This document shows, one piece after another, positions 29,955-32,000 of a stretch of DNA of 32,000 nt (positions are counted from its first letter, which is position 1; each line of letters starts with the position of its first letter). The DNA is taken from the NCBI GenBank assembly GCA_019115785.1, contig DXCX01000100.1:26624-58623 (forward strand). Reading direction: 5' to 3'. The DNA comes from Candidatus Intestinimonas merdavium. Lineage in GTDB: Bacteria > Bacillota > Clostridia > Oscillospirales > Oscillospiraceae. The translations under genes and the position numbers were made by a program. The notes beneath the pieces were generated by a model, which was given only the letters and a program-made list of their open reading frames with translations, did no database searches and was not told where the DNA came from.

Positions 29955-31499
29955 ATGATGTCCCATCAGACTGTCATTGTTTTGGATTTTGGTGGCCAGT
30001 ATAATCAGCTCATCGCCCGACGGGTCCGTGAGTGCGGTGTGTATTGCGAAGTCAAGCCCTACACCACGCCTCTGGAGGCCCTGAAAGCCATGGAACCTAT
30101 CGGTTTCATTTTTACCGGTGGGCCCAATAGCGTCTATGACGAAAAGGCACCCCACGTTGACACAGCCATTTTTGATCTGGGGATTCCAGTACTGGGAATC
30201 TGTTATGGATGCCAGCTTATGGCCCACACATTGGGCGGACGTGTCACTGCCGCTCAGGAAGATACCGCTCGGGAGTATGGTAAAACCGAGACCTATTATG
30301 ACACCTCCTGCAAGCTTTTTAAGGGGTTGCCTGCCGAAGGTGTGTCCTGGATGAGTCATGGTGACTATATGGAAAAGGTGCCAGAGGGTTTTATACTCGT
30401 TGCCCACTCTGATAACTGTCCCAACGTAGCCATTGCCGATGAGACCCGGGGGTTCTACGGGGTACAGTACCACCCTGAAGTCAATCACACCCAGCACGGT
30501 ACCGACATGATTCATAACTTTCTCTATGAAGTCTGTGGTGCGTTGGGGGATTGGTCCATGGGGGATTACAAGCGCACCGCCATCCGGGACATCCGGGAGA
30601 ATGTTGGGGACGGGAAAGTACTTCTGGCACTCTCCGGTGGCGTGGATTCCTCGGTGGCTGCGGCCCTTTTGGCTGAGGCGGTGGGCAGCCAGCTCACCTG
30701 TGTTTTTGTAGACCATGGCCTCATGCGGAAGAACGAGGGAGATGAAGTGGAGGCCGCTTTCTCGAAATGGGACATCAACTTTGTCCGGGTGGATGCCGAG
30801 GACCGGTTCCTTTTGAAGCTGGCCGGTGTGTCAGAGCCGGAGCATAAGCGAAAGATCATTGGTGAAGAGTTTATCCGCGTCTTTGAGGAAGAGGCAAAGA
30901 AGATCGGTCGAGTGGATTATTTGGTCCAAGGGACCATCTATCCTGACGTGATTGAGTCAGGCGCTGGGGATGCCGCGGTGATCAAGAGCCACCACAATGT
31001 AGGCGGACTGCCCGATTATGTGGACTTCAAGGAGATCATTGAGCCCTTGCGGCTCCTCTTTAAAGACGAGGTGCGGCAGCTGGGTCGTGAGTTGGGACTC
31101 CCCGAATATCTGGTCATGCGTCAGCCCTTCCCAGGTCCTGGCCTTGCCATCCGGGTCATCGGTGACCTTACAAAGGAAAAGCTGGATACTCTTCGGGACG
31201 CCGACGCCATCTACCGTGAGGAGATCGCCGAAGCTGGTGAGGACAAGAATATCAATCAGTATTTTGCCGTTCTCACCAATACCCGCTCAGTGGGTGTTAT
31301 GGGCGACGGCCGGACCTATGACTACACACTGGCGCTTCGGGCCGTGACCACTAGCGATTTTATGACCGCCGATTGGGCCCGTATTCCTTATGATGTGTTG
31401 GACAAGATATCTACCCGTATCGTCAACGAGGTCCCCGGTATCAACCGTATCGTCTACGACATCACCTCCAAGCCCCCCGCAACCATCGAGTGGGAATGA
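29955..31499 (+). CDS. guaA: GMP synthase (glutamine-hydrolysing)
   Basis: Motifs [20 protein letters not shown], GATase GICYGCQ, YHPEV, ATP-PPase [10 protein letters not shown]-terminal NVGGLP...[12 protein letters not shown]...PPATIEWE. A second ATG lies at 29958. Confidence 0.95.
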   Translation: MMSHQTVIVLDFGGQYNQLIARRVRECGVYCEVKPYTTPLEALKAMEPIGFIFTGGPNSVYDEKAPHVDTAIFDLGIPVLGICYGCQLMAHTLGGRVTAAQEDTAREYGKTETYYDTSCKLFKGLPAEGVSWMSHGDYMEKVPEGFILVAHSDNCPNVAIADETRGFYGVQYHPEVNHTQHGTDMIHNFLYEVCGALGDWSMGDYKRTAIRDIRENVGDGKVLLALSGGVDSSVAAALLAEAVGSQLTCVFVDHGLMRKNEGDEVEAAFSKWDINFVRVDAEDRFLLKLAGVSEPEHKRKIIGEEFIRVFEEEAKKIGRVDYLVQGTIYPDVIESGAGDAAVIKSHHNVGGLPDYVDFKEIIEPLRLLFKDEVRQLGRELGLPEYLVMRQPFPGPGLAIRVIGDLTKEKLDTLRDADAIYREEIAEAGEDKNINQYFAVLTNTRSVGVMGDGRTYDYTLALRAVTTSDFMTADWARIPYDVLDKISTRIVNEVPGINRIVYDITSKPPATIEWE

Positions 31500-31596
31500 T
31501 TTCAAAGGCCCAGAAAAGCCTGATATGACTGGGGTTTTGAAGGGTTAAAGCCATCCGTGGCAACGATTTGGCAACAGTTTTTCATTATTCCAAAGA

Positions 31597-31638
31597 TAAA
31601 GAGCTACCTGATTTGCGAAAGTCAGGTAGCTCTTTTTA
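31597..31638. terminator. bidirectional terminator between guaA and the convergent gene
   Basis: AGAGCTACCTGA / TCAGGTAGCTCT 12-bp stem flanked by an A-run (left) and TTTTTATTTT (right). Confidence 0.8.
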
Positions 31639-31640
31639 TT

Positions 31641-32000
31641 TTACTTCTCTTTGTCCGGCTGCTTTTTGAATTCTTCTACCAGCATATCACTCAGTTCCTG
31701 GGATGGGACAACCTTGTGCCAGTGGCCTGTGGTATCGAACTCCGGGTAGCGGTAACGCCAACGGTCGTAGTCTTCTTTGTTGATCTCCCCCGATTTCAGC
31801 TTGGCCGCTTGCTCTCCCCAGGCACAGAGCATCTCATGGAGCCGGGCCGCTTCTTTTCCTTGGAACACATCCACCCGAAGATGTATTTCTCCGTCGTACT
31901 CGCAGATTTTCAGGCCATAGCGGTCCTCCAGCGTAAAAAGCGTGTGCATAAGGCCCACATAGGAGTCTATGTCCGGCACATCCAGAGCATGGGGAGAGAC
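31641..32000 (-). CDS. hypothetical protein, possibly 5'-truncated by the window edge
   Basis: The frame is open from TAA (31641) to base 32000. The ORF-track start at 31979 is a GTG. The sequence ..YGLKICEYDGEIHLRVDVFQGKEAARLHEM..EDYDRWRYRYPEFDTTGHWHKV matches no family I recognise. Confidence 0.45.
   Translation of the reverse strand, partial: VSPHALDVPDIDSYVGLMHTLFTLEDRYGLKICEYDGEIHLRVDVFQGKEAARLHEMLCAWGEQAAKLKSGEINKEDYDRWRYRYPEFDTTGHWHKVVPSQELSDMLVEEFKKQPDKEK

Overview
This 32-kb window looks like chromosome from a moderately high-GC, spore-forming Clostridia genome. Gene content suggests an Oscillospiraceae-type organism, but that is inference only. Most of it is core housekeeping on both strands: the 3' end of guaB, addB-addA, rpmE, hflX, yigZ, a dgt-dnaG-rpoD cluster plus a NUDIX gene, tRNA-Gln(CUG), a BI-1/YccA membrane protein, a Leu-specific T-box leader with long-form leuA, nrdR, a DUF421/DUF4363 pair, a metallophosphoesterase, carA-carB and guaA. 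I saw no CRISPR array, IS element, integrase, rRNA or recognisable defence gene.

Six things do not fit ordinary annotation:
1. A conserved flavin-reductase-like gene (8581-9087) carries one in-frame TAG. None of the 25 CDS I call in this window ends in TAG.
2. A collagen-like (Gly-Pro-Thr)n gene on the minus strand has a very Cys/Pro-rich N-terminus and only a short helical C-terminus. Just upstream of it lies a 36-aa Lys/Gln-rich mini-gene with its own terminator.
3. A ~750-bp low-GC, purine-skewed island without a credible gene sits between nrdR and the DUF4363 operon. It is bracketed by two diverged ~95-bp direct repeats that each end in a terminator hairpin.
4. An orphan unit of a strong promoter, ~210 nt and a perfect 20-bp terminator lies downstream of leuA and is a candidate sRNA.
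5. The convergent intergenic region beside tRNA-Gln is hairpin-dense.
6. A lipoprotein signal peptide without an ATG sits upstream of guaA.

All functional calls come from motifs read by eye. No database search was possible.
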